From a phage: 64,000 nucleotides of DNA. Shown one piece after another: positions 38,470 to 48,184 of this stretch. A model generated the notes under the pieces. The model was not told where the DNA came from and did no database searches. It saw nothing but the letters and a program-made list of their open reading frames with translations. The stretch is taken from the sequence record PZ452596.1. The stretch is one strand, 5' to 3'. Within the stretch, counting starts at the first letter, position 1, and the number at the start of each line of letters is the position of its first letter. A program made the translations under genes and the position numbers.

Positions 38470-39485
38470 TGTGTTGCCTCTACATATAGCTGATTTGCAT
38501 ATTGAATAAGTGCTTCACGATCAGAATCAGTGATGTCTGGAATTGCATTAATATACTCTTCCATTAATGTCTGAAGCGATTGAACTTCAACTTCTTCACT
38601 GTCATCTGACTCAACAGAGTTATCAATCTTTGACACAACTCGTAATGAATGCACAACTTTTTCTAGTTCAGATTCGAACTTCGTCAGATTTTTGTCTACT
38701 TCAGTTACTATAACACGTACTGATAGATTTGTAAAATCTTTATAGTCAATTTTTCCCTTAAATGGATAATGAATTCGACGATGCCAGGTAGTGTTGTTTG
38801 GAATAAATTCCATTCGTTCTGTTTCTGTATCAAACATCCAGAACCCACGAGGGTCATTCTCGTCACCTGCAGTTAGTGTCCATGGTGTCCCAATATATCT
38901 GACGTTAGCAGCCTCAGAGATAGTATGGAAGTGACCAGACCACACCTCTTTATAAGTCTTAAGGAAATCAGGTTCAAGACCGTGAGATTTCATTCCTTTA
39001 TAAAAATAAAATCCATTCAGTTCCCAATGACCAACACAAAAAGAAGCAGATGAAGTTTTGATATGCTCAAGAATTTCACCAGTATTTTCTTCGCACATCC
39101 AAGGAATCAAATCAATCAAACACCCGTCAAAATCTACTGTAGTAGGCTTATCATATACTTTAACATTAGGATATTTAGCCAAAAGCTCAGTAGAGGCATT
39201 TGGATGCATTACATTTTTATAGTGGAGATCGTGATTTCCTACAATAGTATGTAATGTAATTCCAGCATCATCAAGCGTTTGAACTATTTCACGGGCGAAC
39301 TCCATAGTTTTGTGTGTGATTGCTTTTCGCACATCAAAAATATCACCGTATTGAATCCAGGTAGTAATTCCATTTTTCTTAGAATATTCTATTGCTTGTT
39401 TAATTCCATCAATTTGAATACCGCGAATCCACTCATCATCAGCTTTAACGCCTAAATGCCAATCACCTAAATTTAAAATTTTCAT
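38466..39485 (-). CDS. 47: recombination endonuclease subunit (Mre11/SbcD-like), 339 aa
   Basis: MKILNLGDWHLG...GNHD phosphoesterase motifs; 339 aa. Confidence 0.9.
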   Translation of the reverse strand: MKILNLGDWHLGVKADDEWIRGIQIDGIKQAIEYSKKNGITTWIQYGDIFDVRKAITHKTMEFAREIVQTLDDAGITLHTIVGNHDLHYKNVMHPNASTELLAKYPNVKVYDKPTTVDFDGCLIDLIPWMCEENTGEILEHIKTSSASFCVGHWELNGFYFYKGMKSHGLEPDFLKTYKEVWSGHFHTISEAANVRYIGTPWTLTAGDENDPRGFWMFDTETERMEFIPNNTTWHRRIHYPFKGKIDYKDFTNLSVRVIVTEVDKNLTKFESELEKVVHSLRVVSKIDNSVESDDSEEVEVQSLQTLMEEYINAIPDITDSDREALIQYANQLYVEATQ

Positions 39486-39622
39486 ATATCAAGAACCGTC
39501 ATTGAAATGCAAAATAAAATTATTGAAATAAATCCATCTGGAGTACTAAAGAACCCAATCCAACATGCTCTAGTGAATAGATAAAATGCAAGAAAAAGTA
39601 TCACATATCCAAGAAATATCAT
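39482..39622 (-). CDS. 46-aa membrane peptide
   Basis: ATG at 39622 with ACGGAG upstream; MIFLGYVILFLAFYLFTRACWIGFF...; ATGA overlap with gene 47 start. Confidence 0.45.
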   Translation of the reverse strand: MIFLGYVILFLAFYLFTRACWIGFFSTPDGFISIILFCISMTVLDI

Positions 39623-39645
39623 TATATCAAACTCCGTATAAAGCT

Positions 39646-39663
39646 AAAGGGCCGAAGCCCTTT
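39646..39663 (-). other. UUCG-tetraloop hairpin at alpha-gt stop
   Basis: aaagggccgaagcccttt. Confidence 0.5.
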
Positions 39664-40864
39664 ATTTTGTAATAATGTCAAACTGTTCTTTAAAACAGAA
39701 GCTTGAATCTTGATGCTGATACAAAAATTCATATGCTTTTTCTCGCTCACGGTCATAAAGAGCTCGGTCAGATGACAGTTCTTTAATACGCTCGAATGTT
39801 GATTCCATATCATTTTCATCAAACCAAACGATACCGCTATCATGCGAGGTCAAAGGAGTATTATCAACACGGAATTTTAAATTTTCGCCAGTAGATTTCC
39901 AAAATACCGGAATTGTTCCACATGCACCAAGCTCGAGATGAGTATATTCTAAAGAACGTTGTAGATATTTTTTATCCAACTTACTCAACTGATAACCAAA
40001 TCCGGATTTACTCATACGTTCAAGCATTTCGCTATTTACATAACGGTCAAGAATTTGCGTTGGCAAATTAGGAGCAATTTTAATTTGGTCTACTTGATGA
40101 AGACGATAATACTCGTATGGAATTCCTTTTTCTTTAATAGGAATGAACGCTGGAGAACGTTCCAGACCTTCCATAATAGTACTTAGTCCTGCAGGTTTAA
40201 GATGTTTTTCGTGAAAATCAAACATCTGATAAAAACCTTTCCATGTAGTCGTACGACCAATCCAACGGTTGATATTCATGTTAATTTCAGAAACATCTTT
40301 CCAGTAGGTTGATCGAACCTTTGCAATATCCATCGGAGGCTGAAAGTTATATACGGTCGGTGCTTCTTCAATATCATCAAACAGAGAAACAGTTTCTGGA
40401 TACCATTCTTTCATCAGAACTTTATTAAAATCACCATTATCAGAATGGCTAAAAATAACATCAGCTCGACGAACAGTTTCTTCTAATCCCAAATTTCGGC
40501 GCAAAGAAAGAGAAGAATGGTCATGTTGATAAACTACAACACGAACCGAAGGTTTAATGTTATCAATAATTTTTTTATAGTTATTAATAGTGTCTTCTTC
40601 AACTGAAGTAGCAGGAACTGAATTGATAATTAGAATATCACAATCATTTACCAGCTTAAGTGTTTTATCGTATTCTTTTGCCAATAAAACCGGAATTGAA
40701 AATGATTTATAATCATGCGCGCAATTACGAGTAAATGATTTATCTTTAGCATAAACCAAAGTTACTTCATGACCATTTTTAATAAACCAATCACGTTGCT
40801 CAAGAGAAAATTTAGTTACACCGCAACCTTCAAGACCTCGAGCCATAAAAATACATACTTTCAT
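39662..40864 (-). CDS. a-gt: alpha-glucosyltransferase, 400 aa
   Basis: MKVCIFMARGLEGCGVTKFSLEQRDWFIKNGHEVTLVYAKDKSF...; 400 aa; AGAGGATATTAA RBS; MotA-type promoter upstream. Confidence 0.9.
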   Translation of the reverse strand: MKVCIFMARGLEGCGVTKFSLEQRDWFIKNGHEVTLVYAKDKSFTRNCAHDYKSFSIPVLLAKEYDKTLKLVNDCDILIINSVPATSVEEDTINNYKKIIDNIKPSVRVVVYQHDHSSLSLRRNLGLEETVRRADVIFSHSDNGDFNKVLMKEWYPETVSLFDDIEEAPTVYNFQPPMDIAKVRSTYWKDVSEINMNINRWIGRTTTWKGFYQMFDFHEKHLKPAGLSTIMEGLERSPAFIPIKEKGIPYEYYRLHQVDQIKIAPNLPTQILDRYVNSEMLERMSKSGFGYQLSKLDKKYLQRSLEYTHLELGACGTIPVFWKSTGENLKFRVDNTPLTSHDSGIVWFDENDMESTFERIKELSSDRALYDREREKAYEFLYQHQDSSFCFKEQFDIITK

Positions 40865-40888
40865 TTAATATCCTCTTTGTTTTGGTTT

Positions 40889-40912
40889 ATTTTACCAAAA
40901 ATTTATAAAGCA
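40889..40912 (-). promoter_or_regulatory. middle promoter (TGCTTTA, 11 nt, TAAAAT) upstream of alpha-gt
   Basis: tTGCTTTAtaaatttttggTAAAAT on minus strand. Confidence 0.5.
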
Positions 40913-40915
40913 ATA

Positions 40916-40933
40916 TAGGAGCCGAAGCTCCTA
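40916..40933 (-). other. UUCG-tetraloop hairpin upstream of alpha-gt middle promoter
   Basis: taggagccgaagctccta. Confidence 0.45.
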
Positions 40934-41104
40934 TCCGCATAATACGCCATACAGAGGCTCATTAGAGCTTCTAAATTTTATGCGCTTATATGTTATAGTT
41001 CCTTCTGCTTTAGCTTTATCATGAGACTCTTTAAAGCGTCTCATCATTTCCTCTTTAGAGGAACGAATTTTATTATAATCTATTTCAGAAGTCTGGGTGT
41101 TCAT
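40931..41104 (-). CDS. possible small ORF, 57 aa
   Basis: ATG at 41104, weak RBS; ends inside GC hairpin. Confidence 0.3.
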   Translation of the reverse strand: MNTQTSEIDYNKIRSSKEEMMRRFKESHDKAKAEGTITYKRIKFRSSNEPLYGVLCG

Positions 41105-41107
41105 CTT

Positions 41108-41311
41108 TCATAACTGCCACCATTTTTTGACTTGATAAGAATCAACCCACACTTTCATATTAGGGTCTGCTCTTACAATAGGAGGATTAACTTCTTTAAT
41201 TGAACTATCATGGTATTCTTTTTCAGAAATTTTCACACAAAGATGACCATTCAAAGATTCAGTAAATCCTGCATTAATTTTAAGACGCTTGAATTTTACG
41301 TGTGTAAGCAT
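41108..41311 (-). CDS. hypothetical protein, 67 aa
   Basis: ATG at 41311 with GAGGATATGATTG upstream (track start is TTG). Confidence 0.5.
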   Translation of the reverse strand: MLTHVKFKRLKINAGFTESLNGHLCVKISEKEYHDSSIKEVNPPIVRADPNMKVWVDSYQVKKWWQL

Positions 41312-41597
41312 CAATCATATCCTCAATCTGCGATCTAGTAGTCTTCCAAAGAATACTGATGAGTTCATCGTTATATGGCTGTTTTAGAATATCCCGACTT
41401 TTCTTGATAGCATATTCGTATTGAGCAAAATTATTATTTTCAGCTGCAATCTGAGCGTGCTTATAAAGACGATTCAGTTCACGTTTGTTTTTAGACAATA
41501 ACTTATTTGCTTTTCTTTCTGCTTCAAGACGGTTCTTTTCTTCAATAGAAGAAATAAGCTTTTCCACTTCATCATTAATTTCGGGTTTATCAGTCAT
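41280..41597 (-). CDS. hypothetical protein 105 aa, helical/coiled-coil
   Basis: ATG at 41597; MTDKPEINDEVEKLISSIEEKNRLEAERKANKLL... Confidence 0.55.
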   Translation of the reverse strand: MTDKPEINDEVEKLISSIEEKNRLEAERKANKLLSKNKRELNRLYKHAQIAAENNNFAQYEYAIKKSRDILKQPYNDELISILWKTTRSQIEDMIDAYTRKIQAS

Positions 41598-41598
41598 A

Positions 41599-41817
41599 TT
41601 ATTTCTCTAATATAAAATAAAAATCATCATCTGTTAAATGATACCGATAGTTTAATTCTACACCATTAGATTTAAAAGCGGTATCATACGGATTTTCTGG
41701 ATCAATATCAATGTCAAGAGCTAAAACTTCCCTGAGATACATTTTAAGTAAATAGGGAATAGCTTCAACTTCAGGTATTTCTTCCAAGAATCCGGAGAGG
41801 TTAATCGTTAGCCTCAT
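41599..41817 (-). CDS. hypothetical protein ~72 aa, start uncertain
   Basis: ATG at 41817 lies inside gene 55 3' end with no clear RBS. Confidence 0.45.
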
Positions 41818-42358
41818 ATAAAAAATCCAAACTAGGAGAATCGTCTACAACACTTTTCTTTTCAGCCCCCGGTGTTCTATAGGTTGATTCTTCGTAATGC
41901 GTCATTTTATCATAGATGTCTTGAATAAAAGTTTCATCTACTAACGCAACCATATCGTCGTCACGACTGTCATAGACATTGTGAACGAAGTAACTATATT
42001 TCTTTGCAACTTCCTTACGTTCTTTTTTAATACGTTGGACAAATGCATTAAAACAAGCTTGAGTTATATACGCATGTGGGTTTTTATATTTCGTTTCATC
42101 AAAATTGTGAAGCCCCTTAATAGAAGCTTCTATACCATCTGCAATCATTTCTTGTTTCCAAGACTGGGTGTATCCTGAAAAGTTGAAACGTTTAGATAAG
42201 CCTTCTGCAATAAGCATAATGGCTAATCCGATAGTATCATTCTGACGAACTACTTTATTTGGGTCTTTATTATTTGCTAATTCTGTTTTCCAATCAATAA
42301 TAGCTTGTAAAAGCTCTTTATTGTTTACGTAATTATATTTAGGCTTAGTTTCTGACAT
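41801..42358 (-). CDS. 55: late-transcription sigma factor gp55, 185 aa
   Basis: ATG at 42358 with AAGAGGTGAAA RBS; [35 protein letters not shown]... Confidence 0.95.
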
Positions 42359-42438
42359 TTTCACCTCTTAGCTCAATTCATAGATCTATTATATCATAAT
42401 ATTTGAAGATCTATCTTAAAGCACAGAGGATGAATCAG

Positions 42439-42708
42439 TTATCTAAGTAAACAGTATGCTTGGAACACTTTCTCCATCATCTTTTTAAATTCATGAATAT
42501 CTATATAATGACTAGTTAAATCAGCATGATATAAAAAGTCTAAAAACTTTTCATGTGTGCTAACATATTCACTTTCATTTAATTCAGAAACATGACTTTC
42601 CCAATATCCAACACCAGTCTTATTTGGGAAAAATGAAATTTTCATGTATTGGTCAACATAGAAAATGCCATAATTTTCAATAGTAATAGAAATATTAATA
42701 AATTTCAT
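42439..42708 (-). CDS. hypothetical protein, 89 aa
   Basis: ATGA overlap with upstream ORF. Confidence 0.55.
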   Translation of the reverse strand: MKFINISITIENYGIFYVDQYMKISFFPNKTGVGYWESHVSELNESEYVSTHEKFLDFLYHADLTSHYIDIHEFKKMMEKVFQAYCLLR

Positions 42709-42920
42709 ACATTCATCAACTTAGCCGCTTCAAGAGCTGCATCTAGTGAATCAAATTGGTCAACATATTCAATCAATTCGCCATAATTGGCATATAACCA
42801 CCATTGGCTAAATTCATACTCAAGGATGAATCCGTTTCCTTCAATTTGAGTTAAACCAATGCCATTTGTATTTACTTCATACCCAGCAAGACGTAAATCG
42901 TTAATAAGAGCTTCGTTCAT
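42705..42920 (-). CDS. hypothetical protein, 71 aa
   Basis: ATG at 42920 with AAGGTATAATT RBS. Confidence 0.55.
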   Translation of the reverse strand: MNEALINDLRLAGYEVNTNGIGLTQIEGNGFILEYEFSQWWLYANYGELIEYVDQFDSLDAALEAAKLMNV

Positions 42921-42922
42921 AA

Positions 42923-43249
42923 TTATACCTTAGTAATTTTCAGGTCTGCAAATTTTTTCTTGCGTTGATTTTTCATGCGACGAATAGTTTTATCGGAAAT
43001 TTCATGCTTTTGATAAGCTTTAGATTCTACACCAAAAGCTTTAACATCAAATTCTGACAAGATATATTGAACTAACAATTCACGGATAGTATTACGTCCA
43101 ATCTTCTGTTCATTCTGTTTCATCGTCTGATGAAGCTCTTTTTCCCATTTATCCAAAATTTGAGGAGTTACAATATCGCCTTTTTCTAGCAAAGAAACTA
43201 CTTTATCATATGCGAAATTATTGATGGCGTTTTTAATTTGAATAGTCAT
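42923..43249 (-). CDS. hypothetical protein, 108 aa, basic C-terminus
   Basis: ATG at 43249 with GAGGATAATGT RBS. Confidence 0.55.
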   Translation of the reverse strand: MTIQIKNAINNFAYDKVVSLLEKGDIVTPQILDKWEKELHQTMKQNEQKIGRNTIRELLVQYILSEFDVKAFGVESKAYQKHEISDKTIRRMKNQRKKKFADLKITKV

Positions 43250-43288
43250 ACATTATCCTCAATTACGTTAAAATTTTATTATCCAAAA

Positions 43289-43304
43289 AAGGGCCGAAGC
43301 CCTT
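43289..43304 (-). terminator. UUCG hairpin plus U-run after 66-aa ORF
   Basis: aagggccgaagccctt followed by UUUUUUGG on minus strand. Confidence 0.55.
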
Positions 43305-43503
43305 AGCTAAACTTTTTGGCACCCTTCCAGCCTTCATACATCATTGCGACTGACAATGACAAAGCTCCTTCACATGCTGCATACTTATTATTCCAGAACC
43401 AATTTAGAAAAACTTCATCCTCAATACCATTGTGTTTCATGTTCTGGAAAAATTTGGCGCGTTCTTCACGAAGCTTTTGCGATAACATAGATTCAGGATT
43501 CAT
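43303..43503 (-). CDS. hypothetical protein, 66 aa
   Basis: ATG at 43503; followed by UUCG hairpin and U-run. Confidence 0.5.
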   Translation of the reverse strand: MNPESMLSQKLREERAKFFQNMKHNGIEDEVFLNWFWNNKYAACEGALSLSVAMMYEGWKGAKKFS

Positions 43504-43635
43504 TTAAATTTTCCAATTACCGTTTTCATCAATGAATTTAATCCAGTCATTTACTGACCACTTAGTTGTATCACCTTTTGGAGTAACATTTAAAGTGTAT
43601 AGCCCTTGCTTAAAAAGCATTCGTTTGATATTCAT
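43504..43635 (-). CDS. small protein, 43 aa
   Basis: ATG at 43635 with GCTGAGGAAATT RBS. Confidence 0.4.
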   Translation of the reverse strand: MNIKRMLFKQGLYTLNVTPKGDTTKWSVNDWIKFIDENGNWKI

Positions 43636-43642
43636 AATTTCC

Positions 43643-43936
43643 TCAGCTATAACGATAACACTCGTTTGATTTACGTTTAGCAACTCGTTGAGAAGTATTA
43701 TAATCAAAATCATCGTCAATGTAAACTGATTTTTTCAACTTTCTTACTTCACCACGTAATTGGCGATTTAGCTCATCTTTAACTTCTGAATCAATACCTT
43801 TCATTCTACGCCATTTATCTGAGCGAAAAATGTTTTCAACCATATCTTTATGACTTACACCGTCTGGAGCTTTACGCTTTCCAAAATAGTCATAATCACG
43901 CACTTTTAAGTCTTTACGACGATACGTTTTACCCAT
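43643..43936 (-). CDS. hypothetical basic protein, 97 aa
   Basis: ATG at 43936 with AAGGAAATTAAACTCC RBS. Confidence 0.55.
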   Translation of the reverse strand: MGKTYRRKDLKVRDYDYFGKRKAPDGVSHKDMVENIFRSDKWRRMKGIDSEVKDELNRQLRGEVRKLKKSVYIDDDFDYNTSQRVAKRKSNECYRYS

Positions 43937-44105
43937 GGAGTTTAATTTCCTTAGCAACTGAACTAAATACAGCACGATCACAAATCATACGTTTGTTCCA
44001 TTTAATCACAGTATAATGAACATCTAAATCATCGACTGCTGTAACAATAACGATATGTCCGTTAACACGATAGTACTGGTCAATTTTAATCTCTTTATCA
44101 ACCAT
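43929..44105 (-). CDS. hypothetical protein, 58 aa
   Basis: ATG at 44105 with GAGGAATTGAT RBS, downstream of an early promoter cassette. Confidence 0.45.
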   Translation of the reverse strand: MVDKEIKIDQYYRVNGHIVIVTAVDDLDVHYTVIKWNKRMICDRAVFSSVAKEIKLHG

Positions 44106-44135
44106 ATCAATTCCTCAAAGGTAATTCATATGTTA

Positions 44136-44165
44136 ATAATACCACGGTTTGAACTTGTTGTAAAC
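44136..44165 (-). promoter_or_regulatory. T4-type early promoter after nrdH terminator
   Basis: GTTTACaacaagttcaaaccgtggTATTAT. Confidence 0.55.
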
Positions 44166-44246
44166 AACTTTGTGAAAAATATTTTAGGGAATGACAAGAA
44201 GGGAACGATAGCTTAGAATGGTAATATACAGAATGCGAGAAAGAAA

Positions 44247-44259
44247 GGCCCAGAGGGCC
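44247..44259 (-). terminator. GC hairpin plus U-rich tract after nrdH
   Basis: ggccc-aga-gggcc followed by UUUCUUUCUC on minus strand. Confidence 0.45.
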
Positions 44260-44263
44260 CGTC

Positions 44264-44572
44264 TTAATCTTCTATGATATCTCTATCATATCCAAGTGAA
44301 ATGAGAGTTTCTTTGAAGTGTTTAATGTTCTTTTGTCTAGAATCATTAATGAAAATGACTGGATAACGAATGTTAAGAGATGTGAATCCAGCGCGTTTAG
44401 CAAGAGATACAATCAGTGGACGATCATACTCAATCTTACCGTTATTTGTAAGAACTTTATAGAAAGTAAAAGGAGCATTGAGCTCCTTTAGAAGTTTTGT
44501 AACTGATTGACATCCAGGACAACGACCTACTTCATCTGGAATTCCATAGACTTCAATCTTATTTTGTTTCAC
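44264..44572 (-). CDS. nrdH: glutaredoxin-like protein NrdH, 102 aa
   Basis: CPGC redox motif; GTG start at 44572; position upstream of nrdG/nrdD. Confidence 0.7.
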   Translation of the reverse strand: MKQNKIEVYGIPDEVGRCPGCQSVTKLLKELNAPFTFYKVLTNNGKIEYDRPLIVSLAKRAGFTSLNIRYPVIFINDSRQKNIKHFKETLISLGYDRDIIED

Positions 44573-44574
44573 AA

Positions 44575-44787
44575 CTATTCCTTACTAAGAGCAGCATTCA
44601 GCTTGTTAGTAATTTTATCCAGACGCTCATTAAACTCACTAGAAGATAAGCCCTTTTCTGGAGAAATTAAACTAATCACGAAAAATATAGCAATAAAAGG
44701 AATAAGGAAAATAGCTCCAACTGCCATAAACAGAAAGAATGTTACAGTTGTAAGAAAATCAGCTAAACCTTTACGAAATTTATACAT
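44575..44787 (-). CDS. membrane protein, 70 aa
   Basis: Two hydrophobic segments (FLTTVTFFLFMAVGAIFLIPFIAIFFVISLI). Confidence 0.55.
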   Translation of the reverse strand: MYKFRKGLADFLTTVTFFLFMAVGAIFLIPFIAIFFVISLISPEKGLSSSEFNERLDKITNKLNAALSKE

Positions 44788-44902
44788 ATTTTACCCTTAA
44801 TTGATTAACCAAGCATTGATAAGCACTAAACTATATTGGGAATAAAATTCTGGACCAAAATGAAAAATCATATCATTTATAGTATCCATAATATAATTCA
44901 AT

Positions 44903-45373
44903 TTAATCATGTTTCCACACCCCATCGGTATTTGACCAAAGTCGCTGATTGTCTGATCCTCGCCACAGCTTTTTGGTCGGAAGATTTTTCTCATACTTCC
45001 CATCAATAATAACATCAACATATTTAAGCATTTCTAGTTGTTTAATATCTTCAAACTTATATCCTGTCCACAACCAAATGCTTTTATTGGGATAAAGATT
45101 TTTTACTGTTTGAACGATGCAATGAATAACATCTCGGTTATCAGGATAGAGAGGGTCACCTCCGGTTATAGTCAATCCTTCTATATAATCATTATTCAAA
45201 CATTCAATTAATTGTTCTAGTGTCTCTCCAGTGAATGGAACACCATTTCTAGCATTCCATGTTGATTTATTATAACACCCTTCGCATTTATGCAAACAAC
45301 CTGTAACGAAAAGAACGACCCTGCAACCAGGGCCATTAACAAAATCGCAAGGATAAAATCTATCATAATTCAT
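44903..45373 (-). CDS. nrdG: anaerobic ribonucleotide reductase activating protein (radical SAM), 156 aa
   Basis: MNYDRFYPCDFVNGPGCRVVLFVTGCLHKCEGCYN... (CxxxCxxC cluster). Confidence 0.9.
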   Translation of the reverse strand: MNYDRFYPCDFVNGPGCRVVLFVTGCLHKCEGCYNKSTWNARNGVPFTGETLEQLIECLNNDYIEGLTITGGDPLYPDNRDVIHCIVQTVKNLYPNKSIWLWTGYKFEDIKQLEMLKYVDVIIDGKYEKNLPTKKLWRGSDNQRLWSNTDGVWKHD

Positions 45374-47187
45374 TGGTGCTTAACCCTATGCATGATTTCT
45401 TTATTTTTACCGAGATTAAATCCGCGTTCGTTCGGATTTCCCAAATAACCACATGTTCTTCTTATGGTATTCATCTTTTTAGGATCAGTTTCTCCACAAA
45501 TAGAACAAACAAATCCGTTTTCAGTAGGAGTCATTTCATGGGTACTTCCGCATGTAAAACATTTATCTACCGGCATGTTAACACCAAAATAATCTAAATG
45601 TTGTGCAGCATAATCCCATACGGCCTCAAGGCCTTTCAAGTTATTTTTCATATCAGGAAGTTCAACATAAGAAATGTGACCACCTGTCGCAATGAAATGA
45701 TATGGCGCTTCACGAGAAATCTTTTCAAACGGAGTAATATTTTCTTCTACTGAAACATGGAAACTGTTAGTGTACCAGCCTTTATCGGTAACATCTTTTA
45801 CGCTTCCATATTTTTCTGTATCGAGTTTACAGAAGCGATAACAAAGGTTTTCAGCAGGAGTCGAATATAAACTAAAAGCAAATCCAGTTCTTTCAGTCCA
45901 CTGTTTAAGATGAGCATTCATTTTAGTTAAAATTTCTTGTCCAATATCACGACCGACAAGAATATTCAATTCGTGAATACCAATGTATCCCAAAGACACT
46001 GAACTTCTGCCGTTTTTAAATAACTCAATTATATCGTCATCAGGTTTAAGACGAACCCCAAATGCACCTTCTTGGTAAAGAATAGGAGCAACAGTAGCTT
46101 TAACTCCTTTTAAGGAACTAATTCTACACATCAAAGCTTCAAAACACAGATCCATTCGTTCATTGAATAATTCAACAAATTTCTGTTCATTGAACTGTGT
46201 TCCAATATAAGAATCTAACGCGATGCGAGGAAGATTCAGTGTTACAACACCAAGATTATTACGTCCATCAAGAATTTCATTACCAGTCGAATCTTTCCAT
46301 ACGCTCAAGAAACTACGGCATCCCATCGGAGAAACAGGAACAGATGAACCAGTGATAGCTTTATTGTTCTTAGCTGAAATAATATCAGGATACATCCTTT
46401 TGCTTGCACACTCTAGAGCAAGCTGCTTAATATCATAGTTCGGATCGTCTTTGTAAAGATTAACGCCTTCTTCGACGAACATAACAAGCTTAGGAAAAAT
46501 AGGAGTTATCCCATCACGACCAAGACCTTTAATACGATTTTTCAGAATTGCTTTCTGAATCATTCGTTCAGTCCAGTCAGTTCCCGTACCAAATGTAATT
46601 GTTACAAAAGGTGTTTGTCCGTTTGAACTAAAGAGAGTATTTACTTCATATTCATAAGCTTGGAATGCATCGTATACGTCTTTTTCTGTTTTAGATTGAG
46701 CATAATTCAACGCATCAGCGATTTGCCATTTTTCTGCATCCTCAATATGTTTTGCATAGGTGCGTTTAACATAAGGAGAAAGTACTTTATCTACATTCGC
46801 AAAAGTCGTTCCGCCATATTGATGGGAAGCAACTTGCGCAGTAATTTGTGCCATAATTGCAGTAGCAACACCGATTGATTTAGGAGTTTCAATCTGCGCA
46901 TTACCAAGCTTAAATCCGTTCTCAAGCATTCCTTTTAAATCTACTAAACAACAATTAGTAAATGGAAGAGCAGGGGAATAATCAATATCATGGAAATGAA
47001 TAATTCCGCTTTCATGCGCTTTCATAATAAAAGACGGGACCATATTTTTGGCAATGTGTTTAGACACAATACCAGCCATAAGGTCCCGTTGAGTTGGAAA
47101 AACACGAGAATCTTTATTAGCATTCTCGTTTAAAAGGTCTTTATTAGTTTTATGAATCAATCCTTCAATTTCTTTTTCAATTGTCAT
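45370..47187 (-). CDS. nrdD: anaerobic ribonucleoside-triphosphate reductase, 605 aa, uninterrupted
   Basis: MTIEKEIEGLIHKTNKDLLNENANKDSRVFPTQRDLMAG...; C-terminal glycyl-radical RTCGY motif and Cys cluster; continuous ORF. Confidence 0.95.
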   Translation of the reverse strand: MTIEKEIEGLIHKTNKDLLNENANKDSRVFPTQRDLMAGIVSKHIAKNMVPSFIMKAHESGIIHFHDIDYSPALPFTNCCLVDLKGMLENGFKLGNAQIETPKSIGVATAIMAQITAQVASHQYGGTTFANVDKVLSPYVKRTYAKHIEDAEKWQIADALNYAQSKTEKDVYDAFQAYEYEVNTLFSSNGQTPFVTITFGTGTDWTERMIQKAILKNRIKGLGRDGITPIFPKLVMFVEEGVNLYKDDPNYDIKQLALECASKRMYPDIISAKNNKAITGSSVPVSPMGCRSFLSVWKDSTGNEILDGRNNLGVVTLNLPRIALDSYIGTQFNEQKFVELFNERMDLCFEALMCRISSLKGVKATVAPILYQEGAFGVRLKPDDDIIELFKNGRSSVSLGYIGIHELNILVGRDIGQEILTKMNAHLKQWTERTGFAFSLYSTPAENLCYRFCKLDTEKYGSVKDVTDKGWYTNSFHVSVEENITPFEKISREAPYHFIATGGHISYVELPDMKNNLKGLEAVWDYAAQHLDYFGVNMPVDKCFTCGSTHEMTPTENGFVCSICGETDPKKMNTIRRTCGYLGNPNERGFNLGKNKEIMHRVKHQ

Positions 47188-47657
47188 TTTAAACTCTTTC
47201 TAAGCTGCTTCTTAAATGAAGCTATTAACTGTGTTTTGGTGTCAGATTCATTATATTCAAATCCTCTTTGAAGCATCTCGGCCATCATTTCCTCTTTTCC
47301 TAAACGAGAAAATTCCTTTGATTTATCTCCAACAAAGTTAGGGTGAATATTATTTTGGGTGTAATCGGATTTTAAATAAGTAAGTAAATTTTCTAACCAT
47401 TCAAGATAATCAACACCCTGTCCCTTTAAGCCAGAACGATTAAATTTATGCTTCATTTGACCTTCTGCGGCATTGCAGAGATTACAAAGCAATCCACGTA
47501 CCTTTCCTGCTTTTGGTCCATTTAATTCATGGTCATGGTCGAGGTGATTAGCTTGAACATCAGGATTTAGTTCTCGTTGGCAAATTAAGCATTTACCGTT
47601 TTGTGCATTATAAAATTTTTGTTTTTCTTCTTTGTATAATTTGCCAGTCAATAACAT
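47184..47657 (-). CDS. 49: endonuclease VII (Holliday junction resolvase), 157 aa
   Basis: MLLTGKLYKEEKQKFYNAQNGKCLICQRELNPDVQANHLDHDHELNG... Confidence 0.9.
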   Translation of the reverse strand: MLLTGKLYKEEKQKFYNAQNGKCLICQRELNPDVQANHLDHDHELNGPKAGKVRGLLCNLCNAAEGQMKHKFNRSGLKGQGVDYLEWLENLLTYLKSDYTQNNIHPNFVGDKSKEFSRLGKEEMMAEMLQRGFEYNESDTKTQLIASFKKQLRKSLK

Positions 47658-47698
47658 AATAAACCCTTACCTTAAATAGATAAGGGTATTTATTATTT

Positions 47699-48184
47699 TC
47701 AAGTATTGTAAAACATTTGATGCAATCGCTTATATTGCCGAATCTTTTGGTCAGAAAAAGAAATTTGAGTTTCAAGCCATTCAATGTACTCTGCGGCAGC
47801 TTGCATTAAATTTCCTTCATAGCCATCGTTATTTTCTTGTGCAGCTAATTTAGCTAATGCGTATGAAATACGTTCACCTTGAAAATCGGCTTTAGGCTTC
47901 TGAACAACTTGATTAGTTCGCTCTACAACTTCTTCAATTTCGCCGTTTTCGACTGATTCAGTATTCCACAAACACCAATACGTAATTGGCTTATCGTAGA
48001 TGTTAATAATCTTTCCGTCGGAAAGTTCAATTTCAATAATTCCAGTATCAGGTTCTATATCATCTTCACATTCTTTTGCAAGTTCACGAACTTTAAAGAC
48101 AGTACCTGCACTAAGTTCCGGCCAGTAATTACACAGCCCTGTATCAACACGATTAATTCTAAACCACTTATCTACTGTAATCAT
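47699..48184 (-). CDS. pin: Pin-like protein (protease inhibitor), 161 aa
   Basis: Internal ATG at 48184; size and position between nrdC and 49. Confidence 0.7.
   Translation of the reverse strand: MITVDKWFRINRVDTGLCNYWPELSAGTVFKVRELAKECEDDIEPDTGIIEIELSDGKIINIYDKPITYWCLWNTESVENGEIEEVVERTNQVVQKPKADFQGERISYALAKLAAQENNDGYEGNLMQAAAEYIEWLETQISFSDQKIRQYKRLHQMFYNT

Noticed and set aside
39622-39843. 73-aa minus-strand ORF overlapping the 3' end of alpha-gt in another frame
   Set aside because: Alternate-frame overlap of a conserved gene; the short 46-aa ORF with RBS at 39482-39622 explains the downstream part
44797-45021. 74-aa ORF overlapping nrdG
   Set aside because: Most of it is an alternate frame of nrdG; only a 37-codon tail (44797-44910) could be independent and has a weak RBS
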